A DNA stretch of 64,000 nucleotides from Octopus sinensis (Eukaryota), in NCBI RefSeq assembly GCF_006345805.1, contig NC_043008.1:38812001-38876000 (forward strand), written 5' to 3'. The translations under genes were made by a program, and so were the position numbers. This document shows positions 38,883 to 51,265 of this stretch, one piece after another; position 1 is the stretch's first letter; every line of letters starts with the position of its first letter. The notes below the pieces were generated by a model. It was not told the DNA's origin. It saw only the letters and a list, made by a program, of their open reading frames with translations, and did not search any database.

Positions 38883-40700
38883 TATAATTATGATTAAGAG
38901 TATCTAAGGTACCACCATGCTAGAGCTGGCAGTCAAAGCCTGATTCCAAAACCACATCAAGTATTCACACAGCACAAGGTGAAATGACAAATACACAATA
39001 AACTAGCAATTATGTGGATAATCCCAGGGTTTCTGACTTAGTATAAAAATATATTAGGTTGTCTCACACATATACACACACTCACACATTATATATATGT
39101 GTGTGTGTTATGTATTTTTATTATATACTACATGTGTATGTAAGTATAGATGTTTATATACTATTCAAATATCTGTAAATGTAATCTGGATCGTTATGAA
39201 ATAACTCCCATCAGTCATCTTCAATTATGTTTTTATTCCGAAATACGTGATGATGGTTCCTTAGATTTAATATCCTGTTTGGTTATATTTCTCTTTTTTT
39301 ATCACTAACTGCAACCAGATTTTCAGAAAGGGTATCTAGATGTGAATATATAGAATGTTATCCTGGAGACATTCGATCATTCATAACTTTGAAAGTTTCG
39401 ATTAGTTTCTCGAGTCCATTATGGAAGAAGTCCTGTAATGTTTCAAGAAGTTAGCAGAAACCTTTTTGGAAGCGTGTCAAGCTTTTAACTTGAATGTTGT
39501 AAGTTTTTCATAGAATGTTTCTCGTTCAATTCCACTTGGATTTGAGGTCCTTCTAAAACCTCCATTTTTGCATAACTTAATATTCTGTCTGGTAATATTT
39601 CAGAGAGAAATCTAAGTCTATGTGAACTGTCACATCCATAGCATAACAAATATCTTCATTAAACCAAAGTTAATGATAAGGAGGTAGTAAAAATTAATTT
39701 TCGGATCAACTAATCGGAACTGATTGCATGCTGTTTCTTCATAGAATATATGATAGTCAGACTCTCTCTTCTATTATAATGTTCTGTAATGACAAAACTA
39801 TCGGACAAAGATAAAACAACACTGCTACGTATATTCTTCTAGCATGGCAAGAAACATTGATTCCATTGGTGACCGTTGTATTCAATTTTATTAAAACGAT
39901 TCTCAATGTAAAGTTTCTTGTAAATACGATGAACGATAAATGGTGATAGATGGTTTTAAATTAACATTAAGAAATAAAACTGGCTTTAAGTTTTGTAATA
40001 ATAAGAATAAAGAGCTGCCATTCACTTGCAACTTACCTTTCAGACAACCGTGAAAGGTCTTTTAATGCCATAACAAAAATAGAGAGGACTATCCACTTTA
40101 AAATAAACTACTAAATAAAAATGTCACTTTCTACAATAGCTCAGTTACACTTTTTTGCTGCAAATGGCAATATTTCAATTGATAACCACATCCTTATCCT
40201 TTGACAACTCTGAATCCTTCAGAGGATTGTTTAAACACTTTTGTACGCAAAGTGCTAAACCCCTGCTTCCTGCTCTCTTCTCTTTCATATTCGGAACCTG
40301 GCCAATTTCCAGCAGCTCTTTAAGTCATTGCAATTTCATCATAGCTACTTCATTTTGAATGGTGTTGAGTTCAACTTGGGTAGAAACAGATGCAGTGTTT
40401 TATTGTTTGATATACGTCTACACGCGAAACTCAAGCTGTAGTACATGGTTTTGAGTGTCTTATCAATACAATAATGGCTATCTGTACGATGGGTCTTTTT
40501 TATCCCCTTCACTTATCATGGGCACTACAATAGGTACAGTGGTAATTTTTTTATTCAACCAGTCGTACAAACAACTCGAACACTCAGTACGAATCTGATG
40601 AAGGACCACTTTTGTATGGATCAGTAAACGTAAAAGCTTTTCGGTATTTTCTCACTAAGTTACCGAAAACGAAAAGCAATATTGAAATAAGTTGGAATTC

Positions 40701-40810
40701 CTCAGGTTGACATTATATTATAATGGAGAAATCTTGCAGGCGTCTGTTCAATTTTGTCTTTCTTCTCCAACTTAGTGTTAGGGGCGGGCAACGTTCCAGA
40801 TTCAAAAGAC
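40701..40810 (+). repeat. Left copy of a ~110-bp inverted repeat pair (partner 44765-44876)
   Basis: ggttgaca..ttatatta.aatggagaaatcttgcaggcg.c.gttcaattttgt..ttct..ttcaaaagac matches the reverse complement of 44765-44876. Confidence 0.8.
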
Positions 40811-41127
40811 TTTATATAAAATATATATTAACATCACTTGTGATATTATAACTTTATAATACGATTGCAAAGTTTGCACAAACATAGCAAATCGCTTCTG
40901 GATGATTTTAAATTAACTAGGTGTGTTGATTATTTAGATAGCATGGGTACGTCATTTACAAATATGCGAACACAATATGTTACTAAAAATCTTTTAGTGG
41001 ATAAATCGTCTAATTTAAGCATTCATTAAAGAAAAAAATCTTTGAAATAGCACAGCTGGCACTTAATCTGATTTATAAGGTCGGAAATGAGCAGTAAAAA
41101 ATGGTCATATTAACATATATATATATA

Positions 41128-41705
41128 TGGGGGGATACTCAAACAGAACCGAAATCTTGCAATGTTATTTTATTCACTTAGTTTTATATGTTTACAATTT
41201 TATCACCCTCAAAGTATTCTCCATTTGAAGCAATGCATCGGTCCTGACACATTTTCCACTATTCGAAGCAGTGCCGGAACTCTTGTGAAGTGATGCCTTA
41301 TAACACCTCCGTCGTTTTTCTTTCTTCATTTCATTATGTTTTCATTTGTTCGGGAGGTCGAGGGTCACCCTGAACGAATTTCAGCGACAAGTGGTCATTC
41401 CTAAAGCGTGAAAGCCACTCGTAAACTTGTTTTACTCATGGCAGTGGCCTTGTAAGCTATTTGAAGCATAACAACAGTTTCCCCCGCCGGTTTCTCCAGC
41501 AGAAAGCAGAATTTCACGGAAGCACGTTGTTTCTTCCTTCAGCTAACGCAAAAATTGATAAACAGGGGAGAAACGTACCGCTTGGCAATACGACCTCACC
41601 CGATGATGTTGGTCAGCAGAATGATGCCTCCGGGTTGCATCAAGTGGATTCTAGCGGCAGAAGCCCGAACTACAGCGGCTTGTTCCACAGAGAACGTTTG
41701 TGTAC
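41128..41705 (-). mobile_element. Internally deleted mariner remnant
   Basis: Minus strand KTTEVL*GITSQEFRHCFE*WKMCQDRCIASNGEYFEGDK (mariner C-terminus); TA-flanked end tggggggatactcaaacagaaccg. Confidence 0.7.
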
Positions 41706-41727
41706 GTGTATATATATATATATATAT

Positions 41728-43549
41728 ACTAGCAGTATCGCCCGGCGTTGCTCGGGTTTGTTTCGACCCGCTGGAATTGTAATTTTGAAAAGTAAAAATT
41801 TTGTGAACATTTTTCTGGTCGAAATACACCGAAAAGTGGCGACACAACAGTGAAAAAATCGTAAAAGATAGGGATTTTCATAGAAAAAGCATCTTTTTGA
41901 TGTAAATAATTTTTGGTGTTAACATGGTCTGATTTGAATTTTATGTTCTACGGAGGAAGGAAGAGCCCCTTCTTCTACCATACTCTCAATTTTGGTCAAC
42001 TTGCGCCGCAGGGTCTCGGAGGAGATAGTGTTAGTTGAAGGTTACCATTCTAGGTGCCTGAGTAACAACCTCGCGGATTTACAGATAAATGATTAATTAC
42101 TATTTTACAGAATAAAATTAAATAATTCTTGAAAATTAATTAATATTAATATTTTTTGAACAAAGTAAATAATTTTTAAAACTTAAATAATAATTTTTTT
42201 TACACAAACGCGAACGGGGAAAAGGGGGTGGCGAATTCGATTTACATACCTAAATTTTTTCTTTTTCATGACATTGTAGCAAAATAGTAGTGAATTATAT
42301 AAATACCAGCATTACATTTTTTTCTGGGGTATTTTTTTTCAACCTCGTCACATATTTGCCCCTTTCAATTTAAACAAGTCTAATTAAGCAATTACGGCAG
42401 CTTAGCAATGGTTTCAATACAGGCGTGACATCTGTATCTCAATTGTTCAAAACCCTTCGAATTTTTTCGCACGTGATGATATCATAGTGAAAACTTTCAA
42501 TTACGCGCGCTTAGAAGTACGCTCGCAAAATACTAATACTACCAAAATTTTGAAGTTCGCGCTCCGCTTGTGTGTGTGTGTGTGCGTGCTTTAGGTGTAC
42601 GTAGGTATGTGTTTTTGTGTGTGTATGTCACTGAAGCCATACATACATATATACATACATAACCTCTCTCTCTCTTTTCTCTCTCAGTCACTCACTACAA
42701 AAATTGAATAAAAAGTTCAGTTATTTCTGTCTTTCACTCTGTCTGTCTCTTTACACACACTAACAAAAGCACTTCACTTACACACCACACTTCTGTGTCG
42801 CACAACTCATCAAATACACACACACCACACACCCCACACAACACACCACACACGCACGCACACATGTACATCAATGCTTTCGGAGTGAAATGTTAAAATA
42901 TTGAGTTTTCTCGAATTTTGTCTTAATTGGGGGTGAAATTGAAAGAAATATATTATGGCATGACCGAATGGAGTACTTTGAAAAATCTTAGGTAAACTCT
43001 AATTGAAGAAATTGTGTGAGGAGTAAATCGTATGTATTTATTTGTTTCTGTTTGCTGTGTTTTTTTATTTTTTGAGTAGTGGTTTAAATACTTTCAGTTT
43101 AGTCTTCCTCAAATCACTCTGTCGCTATTTACTCTCTTCCAGAGACATTTTCACTCACTCTTATCTCTTAGCTTGCCATACATTTTACTCATGTATCTAT
43201 CAGCGTGATAGACAGAAACAATATACATCGCCATCGCCATCGCATTCTATTGTCTACCTGTCAACACACACAGTGAATTACTTTCATTTTATTCGTTGCA
43301 CACTCTGTGTGTGCGTGTGCGTGTGGTGTAAACCACATTAAGAAAAGCATTTGACATACACACCAGAATGTGATTTTTCTGTAAATTTTGCTTAATTGGA
43401 GTTTAAATTTTAAAAACTGGACCTGGCATGACCCGATGCATTCTACTCTTAAAAATGCTAGGTAAATTGTAATTGAAGAAATCCTATATTGTAGATTTCT
43501 ATAACTGACAAAGGGAGGCAGATAAAATCTGCCTTTTATAATAAGAGAT
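41728..43549 (+). mobile_element. Helentron-like non-autonomous element (DINE-1/HINE architecture)
   Basis: 5' actagcagtatcg plus hairpin cccggcgttgctcggg; internal diverged duplications (~42900-43020 versus ~43370-43490) and microsatellites; 3' hairpin aggcagat-aaa-atctgcct then tttataataagagat. Confidence 0.65.
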
Positions 43550-43550
43550 A

Positions 43551-43662
43551 TACTTGTTTGTTGTTAACACAACCTTTCGGCTGACATACCCTCCATCCTT
43601 CATCAGGTATCTTGAGGAAATTTCGAACCTGGGTTCTCATTCCTGAGGTATTTTTCGATTTT

Positions 43663-43697
<35 letters not shown>

Positions 43698-43779
43698 TAT
43701 TATTCAGGTCACTGTCTGGAATCGAACTCGGAATCTTGGGGTTAGTAGCTCGCGCTCTTAACCACTCCGTCATATGCCC
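43551..43779 (-). mobile_element. SINE family D: tRNA head, (AAT)n linker, hammerhead-bearing tail
   Basis: gggcatatgacggagtggttaagagcgcgagctactaacc..gagttcgattcc head; second copy at 54691-54979. Confidence 0.8.
43566..43612 (-). ncRNA. Minimal type-I hammerhead ribozyme motif (degenerate copy)
   Basis: AGAUAC-CUGAUGA-A-GGAUG-gaggguaugu-CAGCC-GAAA-GG-UU-GUGUU. Confidence 0.6.
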
Positions 43780-44220
43780 GTAAATATAGAACTGTGTGTG
43801 CATATATATATATATATATATAGAAGACCTCCGGTATAAATTTTTACAGAACACTTTATAAATCTGTGTTATACACAAAATATCATGTAAATACACTTAG
43901 AAATCCTATTTGATAAAAAAAAAATACTATGTTGATATGTTTTATTGAAGTGAGTGGGTGATATTCATTGTTCTCACTTTTGTTCTTACATATTATTCAA
44001 GGATAGGGCATAAAACAATAAGTAACGGAATACTGATAAACATGCTTTTGAACATTTTATTTGCAGGTTCACTGTACCACGAGTGAACTTTAAGAAGCTA
44101 ACTTCTCGTATATACGACAATGCGTGACTATTATTTAGTGTTAAAATGTAGTAAGATGCAGAAATTACTGCAATAGTTTTTTAAAAAACTGGAAAACGTT
44201 TCCGAGCATTGATTCAAATA

Positions 44221-44764
44221 CTTTTGGAAGAAGTATTTCAAGTAAACAATGGTTTACTTGCATCTTCTGATTTTTTCCCCCGAAGAAAATAGCGAAAGCT
44301 AGCAATGTATATAATAGCGTTGAAACTTCAATTCTGTTGCGGTATCCATTGTGATTTCAACTCTCGTGAAGCAGATTGCACATGAAATTACGAAGGTTAT
44401 CCCTTGCAGCAACTGGTCATTATCGAGGTGCAATAATGAAATTGCTGATATTGCAGAAGAAAAAAAACATCTCGTAAATGAAGTAGTTTGCCCTACCAAT
44501 CGATGAATATGTTTTAAAGAATAATGATGTCCCTGTAATGGAATGTGTAAGGTTTTCGATGATAATCAAGCCACGACAAATTGCTTTTTGCTGGAAGGCT
44601 TTCAACGTGTACCATAGGTGAAGCAATTTTTGAAGAAATTAAGATTGATTTCAAGGAAAACAATATACCACGTGAGAATATAATGGTTTGTGCAATTGAT
44701 GGTGTGAATATACGGGAGGGAGATATTTGAGTTTCGTTGATTGCTTTAAAATTGTGTGTATGAC
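44221..44764 (+). pseudogene. hAT (Buster/Charlie-like) transposase remnant
   Basis: IPCSNWSLSRC..EIADI, LPIDEY..NNDVPVM.CVRF, and TIGEAIFEEIKIDFKENNIPRENIMVCAIDGV, matching the hAT PLSN..RRI / LQLDES / TTGE.IF..DGA pattern. Confidence 0.7.
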
Positions 44765-44876
44765 GTCTTTTGAATATAGAACTTTGCCCACCATGAATAT
44801 TAAATTGCGAAAGAAAAACAAAATTGAACGGGCGCCTGCAAGATTTCTCCATGATAATATAATCTGTCAACCTTAG
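44765..44876 (-). repeat. Right copy of the inverted repeat pair (partner 40701-40810)
   Basis: See 40701-40810. Confidence 0.8.
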
Positions 44877-45098
44877 CAATTCCGATTCATTTCAATATTG
44901 CTTTTTACTTTCGTAACTTTGTGAGAAAAATATCGAAAGGTTTGCACGTGTACTGATCCATACAAAGACATGACTGTCTCCAACGCATTGAAGCACATTA
45001 AGAAAACTAACATTTTAAACTTTCTCTCTATCATCCAACTCTATATGTATCTTTCTATTTTCTCTTCACCTGCTTTCTCTCCTCTTTCTTTCCCCTCC

Positions 45099-45216
<118 letters not shown>

Positions 45217-45249
45217 TACATGCTTATATATACATATACACATACATAC

Positions 45250-45282
<33 letters not shown>

Positions 45283-45531
45283 TGTATGTATGTATGAATG
45301 CATATATTTGTATAAGTTTCGCTTTTATGTTGCAAATCAACATGGAATAAAATTAATTAAATTCTGATGAAACTTTTCTAAGAATGAGAAAAATATTTTT
45401 AATAACAGGCAGGTGTAACTGGATGTGATTATTTCCGGCTTGGTGTTTCAATTTAAAATGAAAATAAGAGAAAAAATCGTCCCAGTCTCTAAAAATGCCA
45501 AGCGAATAATAATAACAACAACAACAACAAC

Positions 45532-45567
<36 letters not shown>

Positions 45568-46000
45568 CATATTAATAAGTTTTTAGTAGAAGCACAAATC
45601 CAGATATATTAGGAAGCGGGGAGATCTATTAAATCGACGCCGGTGATTAACTGTTACCCTATTTTATTGATTTACAAGTGGATGCAAGGCAAAGATGACA
45701 ACGATAAAATTTGAATTTAGATTATAATGGGTTGGAACAAAAAAACCCTCAAATCGTTTTGTTGATTGCCTATCGATTCTTCGAAGCCGCCACCTTTATA
45801 ACAGTTAGCTATTTAGGCACAAGTGAATAAATTTAATATTTTTTTTATGATGGGGTTTTCGACTACATTTGACGTAAAGCCAAAAGTAATGACACAAGGC
45901 ATTATAACCGACGTGCTAATGATTCTTCCACATCACTGCTTTTACCATCCCTAATAATGATATGAATAAAAATTTCCATTGTGCTTCATCTTATCGTGGT

Positions 46001-46311
46001 GTGGAGGCACATGGCCTAGTGGTTAGACAGCGGACTCGCGGTTGGGGGATCGCGGGTTCGAATCTCAGACCGGGCGATGTGTGTGTTTATGAGCTAAGCT
46101 CCACTCCGACTGAAGGTAATGGTGAACTTCTACTGACTCTTTCGCCACAACTTTCTCTCACTCTTTCCTCCTGCATCTTGCAGCTCACCCGCGACAGACC
46201 GGAGTCCCGTCCAGGTGGGGAACCTATACGCCACGGAAACTGGGAAACCGGGAACCCGGCTCTTATGAGCCAGGCATGGCTCGAAAGGAACAAACAAATG
46301 AAGAAGGAACA
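46001..46311 (+). mobile_element. SINE C-related copy with a third tail type, 13-bp TSD
   Basis: tggcctagtgg and ggttcgaatc boxes; body ctctttcgccacaactttctctcactctt; tail cccgtccaggtggggaacc..ggaaactgggaaacc; TSD atcttatcgtggt at 45988-46000 and 46312-46324. Confidence 0.88.
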
Positions 46312-46478
46312 ATCTTATCGTGGTCCTTCAACCCATGAATATATTCTTTGGTTCCATTCATGACATATTGTGTATTTAGGACATCTCACTAATGTAGAAC
46401 ACATCCCTTTCTACGTCTCGGTCTGCTCACAACCAATTTCTTCTGGAGACACAACATGAAATAGAAGAAACGATCCCG

Positions 46479-47266
46479 AGGCAGGGAGCTGGCAGAATCG
46501 TTAGCACGTCGGGCGAAATGCTTAGCGGTATTTCGTCTGCCATTACGTTCTGAGTTCAAATTCCGCCGAGGTCGACTTTACCTTTCATCCTTTCGGGGTC
46601 GATAAATTAAGTACCAGTTACGCACTGGGGTCGATGTAATCGACTTAATACCTATGTCTGTCCTTTTTGTCCCCTCTATGTTTAACCCCTTGTGGATAAT
46701 AAAGAAATAGAAATAGGTATTCGTCTGCCATTACGTTGTGAGTTCAAATTCCGCCGAGGTCGACTTTACCTTTCATCCTTTCGGGGTCGATAAATTAAGT
46801 ACCAGTTACGCACTGGGGTCGATGTAATCGACTTAATACCTATGTCTGTCCTTGTTTGTCCCCTCTATGTTTAACCCCTTGTGGATAATAAAGAAATAGA
46901 AATAGGTATTCGTCTGCCATTACGTTGTGAGTTCAAATTCCGCCGAGGTCGACTTTACTTTCATCCTTTCGGGGTCGATAAATAAGTACCAGTTACGCAC
47001 TGGGGTCGATGTAATCGACTTAATACCTATGTCTGTCCTGTTTGTCCCCTCTATGTTTAGCCCCTTGTGGGTAATAAAGAAATAGGTATTCGTCTGCCAT
47101 TACGTTGTGAGTTCAAATTCCGCCGAGGTCGACTTTACCTTTCATCCTTTCGGGGTCGATAAATTAAGTACCAGTTACGCACTGGGGTCGATGTAATCGA
47201 CTTAATACCTATGTCTGTCCTTGTTTGTCCCCTCTATGTTTAGCCCCTTGTGGGTAATAAAGAAAT
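46479..47266 (+). mobile_element. SINE A tetramer (one head plus four ~180-190-bp bodies)
   Basis: Junctions aaatag|gtattcgtctgcc at ~46716, ~46905 and ~47085; near-identical units. Confidence 0.92.
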
Positions 47267-48095
47267 AGGTACTCGATGGATACTTTATCGACTCGGAAAG
47301 TCGCTCTTGGCCTGATTTGAACTCAGAGCACAGCGAACTGAAATAACTAACACAAAAAATTCTGTCCGACAATGTTAACTTTCCTGCCAATTCGTCGCCT
47401 TAATTTGTTAATTACCGATGTAATTTTGGCTGAAAGTATGTTCGGTTCTTGTCAGTTGCTCGTTGGTTACTATTTTATATAATCAGTTAATCTTCGTACA
47501 GCATATATGTATGTGTGTGCGCGTGTGTATGTATGTGAGGCCGCGTGCGTGTAATTCTATTTATTTTTGCGGTGAACATCATGTTTGTAGAAAGAATTAC
47601 GAATGAAAAGATTTTTGGCGTCACAAGAGAAGGAAAACTGAAGAAAGAATGATTGAATTCTTTGTAATAACATGGTGTAGATTCGTTTATTTATTAATTT
47701 ATTTACTTTTCATTTTATCATTATTTATTTTAATATGCAGTCAGCATTGCTAAAATTGTCTTGTTTGTTTTTCTTAATGCTTTGTTTCATTAACGTTTCG
47801 ATAAAGTTTCGTACACTTGGAAGATTTTAGAACAGCAAAATTAATTTTCATAATTTCTTGAAGTTGAATCGCAGAACAAAACTATTTTTAAAAAAGCATT
47901 ACGAAACAATGATTCCAACAATAACGTCACTGTCTGTAGTATTTGTTCTGTAAGTATATATGTATATGTATATGTATATGTAGGTATGTTACGCATGTGT
48001 ATACTTAAGTGTGTATATATGTGTATCTCTCTCTTATTATATGTTATATGAATGTACATGTTTATATCCGTCTCTCTTACACTTTCTCTCTTTCC

Positions 48096-48145
<50 letters not shown>

Positions 48146-48485
48146 CAATCTTACTTAGAAAGGGATGCGTGCGTTCTGTCATATATGCGTGGAGTAGATG
48201 AAATTAAGGCGACTGAAGAAGGGGAATTTTCCTTGTTTTGTACGTCCTGTAACCTATTTTTTCGTTGTTTTTTAAAAAATGTCCATTTCCTTGGTTTTGT
48301 GTTTATGTTTTCGTTTCTCATTGTGTTCGACATTTTTTTGGTGTCCTGTACCCATATATGCATGTATATATACATGTAGAGGTAGGTACGTACATATATG
48401 TATGTATATATGCATATATTTTATTAATTTATTAATTTATATATATATATACATACATATATATATATACAAAAACAATGTGTAT

Positions 48486-48533
<48 letters not shown>

Positions 48534-50295
48534 TTATGATTGTATGTATGATTTTATATCTATGTGTGTATGTGTGCGGGTGTATATACATTTGTATAAA
48601 CATATTATTGTCGAATACTTAATAAGTTCGCTTCGGAACTCCTTGATCTCTCGTTCGATCCTCATTGTGTAGCGGCTTGAAAAAAATTATTTTCTTTGGC
48701 CTCGGATCAACCCTTACTTTGTGAGTGAAATTGTGTAGTTGTCAACTCAATTAAAAATTCGTCACATGGATTTTACTTGCAATTCGAAGATAAAGCCTTA
48801 TCACACTGTGCGCCACACAGACTTTGCTTGAACATTACGACAAAAGCACACCTGCTTGTGGAATGCTCAGTCACTGACCGCTCTAAATCTGTCTCAGGCT
48901 TTCTAATATACCCATGATTAAGCATAAATAATTATTCATAATTGTATCACGCCGCCAGCAAATATACGTTACGTAAAATTATCTTTAAAAACCAGCTAGT
49001 TTAAATAATTTGATGATCTCGCTCAGCTGACCAAAAATTGATCAGCATTATTTTAAAAACGCTTAAGATAAATTTAAAAATAAATTGCGGCTTTAATGTA
49101 TTTCAATGTGGAATTTAAATACATATAAATACATCTTAGCATCATCTATGTACAAAAATCAAGGTGAGTGTCTTGGCTTGTTTCACACTTCATTGTTCAC
49201 TCATCGCAGGATAAGTCTCCGCCTAGCTTTCTTATTACTGAGAGAAATCATAGTAATTATCTATTCTAAAAAAGAAAAAGAAAAAAGAAACACGAGATAA
49301 TTATAATGGCCAGACGAATTTATATAGTATTTGATTGTCGGTGGTGTGATAAATAGACATTTATGCTCAACACAACGTGAATTAGAAAGCCTGTAACAAA
49401 TTCAATGCACTTTACAGACTTATATTTTAGATACTATAAACATTATCTTATCGATTGTATACAGAAATAAAAATTATTCATTATATTTTTATTCATTTGA
49501 AAGTTGTATAATTCTGGCATCAGAGTGACCTCCTCTTAAAAATATCGCAGAGCTGTTTCGGAATCTAAACCCATTATTTGCACTGTGTACAGTGAGATCG
49601 ATCGCGATGATTTTCGTATTTATCCTTAATTCGTTCTGGCAGATTCAAACTCCAAATATGCTATCTGTTGGGGTGTACGCCCCTGGATAACAACTTAGAG
49701 GACAGTGTATTCATAACACACACTCGACCTATTGGCCGATACAAGCACTGATCAGCAAACGGTTTTGTTCGCTGAAGTTATACACAAAGCCGCAGTTGTT
49801 TGTTTAAGCTTAAAGGTTCTGGTATTTCTGAACGATGAGACAAAAAATGTCGATACCGATGTCACAGAATCCACTGCATCAATAAACCGAATGGCTTTTG
49901 AGCAAACTGTCATCGTAAATGGGAGTTGTTCTTCAATGAGGCTCAAAAGGGTAACTAGCACATTTTCCAGAACGTATTAAGAATAAATTTGCTAGACATG
50001 GTTTCAGAATAATTATGCATAAAAGCAAAATAGATCGAATTGCCAAAGTTCTTGAAGTCCTGGATAGAACCTCTCGTGGTACAAGCTATGATTTTCTGTA
50101 CTCAGAGTGCGAATTCTGCCAACGCTACTTTGCTTTTCATTCTTTCAGGGTCGAGAGAAATCCATCAATACAGGTCGGTGGATTGGCGAAGGTGTCAGAA
50201 GCTTGAATGAGATGTCTATGGCTTCTGTTTATTTCTTGCTTTGTTTTTTTCTTGCGTTCTGGCTGGAGCACCAAGCTGTACTGTCCAAATCGGCG

Positions 50296-50350
50296 ACCTT
50301 CACTTTGGATAAACCTCAGTTCCGTGCAGAGGTTTATCCAAAGTGAAGGT
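50296..50350. other. Perfect 22-bp stem, 11-nt loop hairpin
   Basis: accttcactttggataaacctc-agttccgtgca-gaggtttatccaaagtgaaggt. Confidence 0.9.
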
Positions 50351-50376
50351 AGATTTGCTTGCATAAACAGCTACAT

Positions 50377-50611
50377 AAAGGCGGCGAACTGGCAGAAACG
50401 TTAGCACGCTGGGCGAAATGCTTAGCCCTATTTCATCTGCCGTTACGTTCTGAGTTCAAATTCCGCCGAGGTCGACTTTGCCTTTCATCCTTTCGGGGTC
50501 GATAAATTAAGTACCAGTTATGCACTGGGGTCGATGTAATCGACTTAATCCCTTTGTCTGTCCTTGTTTGTCCCCTCTATGTTTAGTCCCTTGTGGGCAA
50601 TAAAAAAAATA
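50377..50611 (+). mobile_element. SINE A monomer, 14-bp TSD
   Basis: TSD ataaacagctacat at 50363-50376 and 50612-50625; A-rich tail. Confidence 0.92.
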
Positions 50612-51039
50612 ATAAACAGCTACATGTCATTTGACCGTTTTAACGCACTCTCGCTAACGCATACAAACAAGCACCTCTCTCTCACACACACACATACTCA
50701 TAATTCACCTCAAGAACATACACAAATACTTAACACAGAAGCCAATGCTAAACAGTATTTAAAATTCTAATTCATAACTATTGAATTACAAATGAGCTTT
50801 TCAGGTGATGCATTGTAATATCTTAAAGTACAGCCATGGAATTATAGAACATACACGACATTACCCGAGGAGCAATGACATAGCGATGAGGTAAACAAAA
50901 GAACTCCATCCAGTGGCAAGAGACAAACGCAACATAAACGCATGCACACACACAAACATACATGCATGCATATATGTGTGTATGTGTATGAGTATGTATG
51001 TGTTTCTCTGTGTGTGTGCGTGTGTGTGTGTGAGATGAG

Positions 51040-51192
51040 CATCTTTCAGTTTCCTTCTGCCAAATCCATTCATAAGGTTTATAATCGACCCGAGGTTATA
51101 GAAGAAACCCGCCCATAATGCCACGAAGTGGGACTGAACCCGGAAGTATGTAGTTGGGAAGCAAGATTTTTACCATACAGCTATGCCTACGC
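51040..51192 (-). mobile_element. Degenerate SINE B head half
   Basis: tctttcagtttcc..ccaaatcca..gtgggactgaacccggaa..gcaag..tacca.acagc. Confidence 0.65.
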
Positions 51193-51230
51193 CACATATC
51201 TATCGATATATATCTATATGTATCTACCTT

Positions 51231-51265
<35 letters not shown>

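Noticed and set aside
39180-39720. Possible old TE coding remnant on the minus strand (also 40155-40380)
   Set aside because: Multiple stops and no diagnostic motif recognised.
40037-40107. Minus-strand exon candidate (FILKWIVLSIFVMALKDLSRLSE-)
   Set aside because: Good donor, but isolated with no compatible partner exon found; left unresolved.
46479-47266. CRISPR-like regular array
   Set aside because: The units are whole ~185-bp SINE bodies with no unique spacers, in a eukaryotic context with no cas genes.
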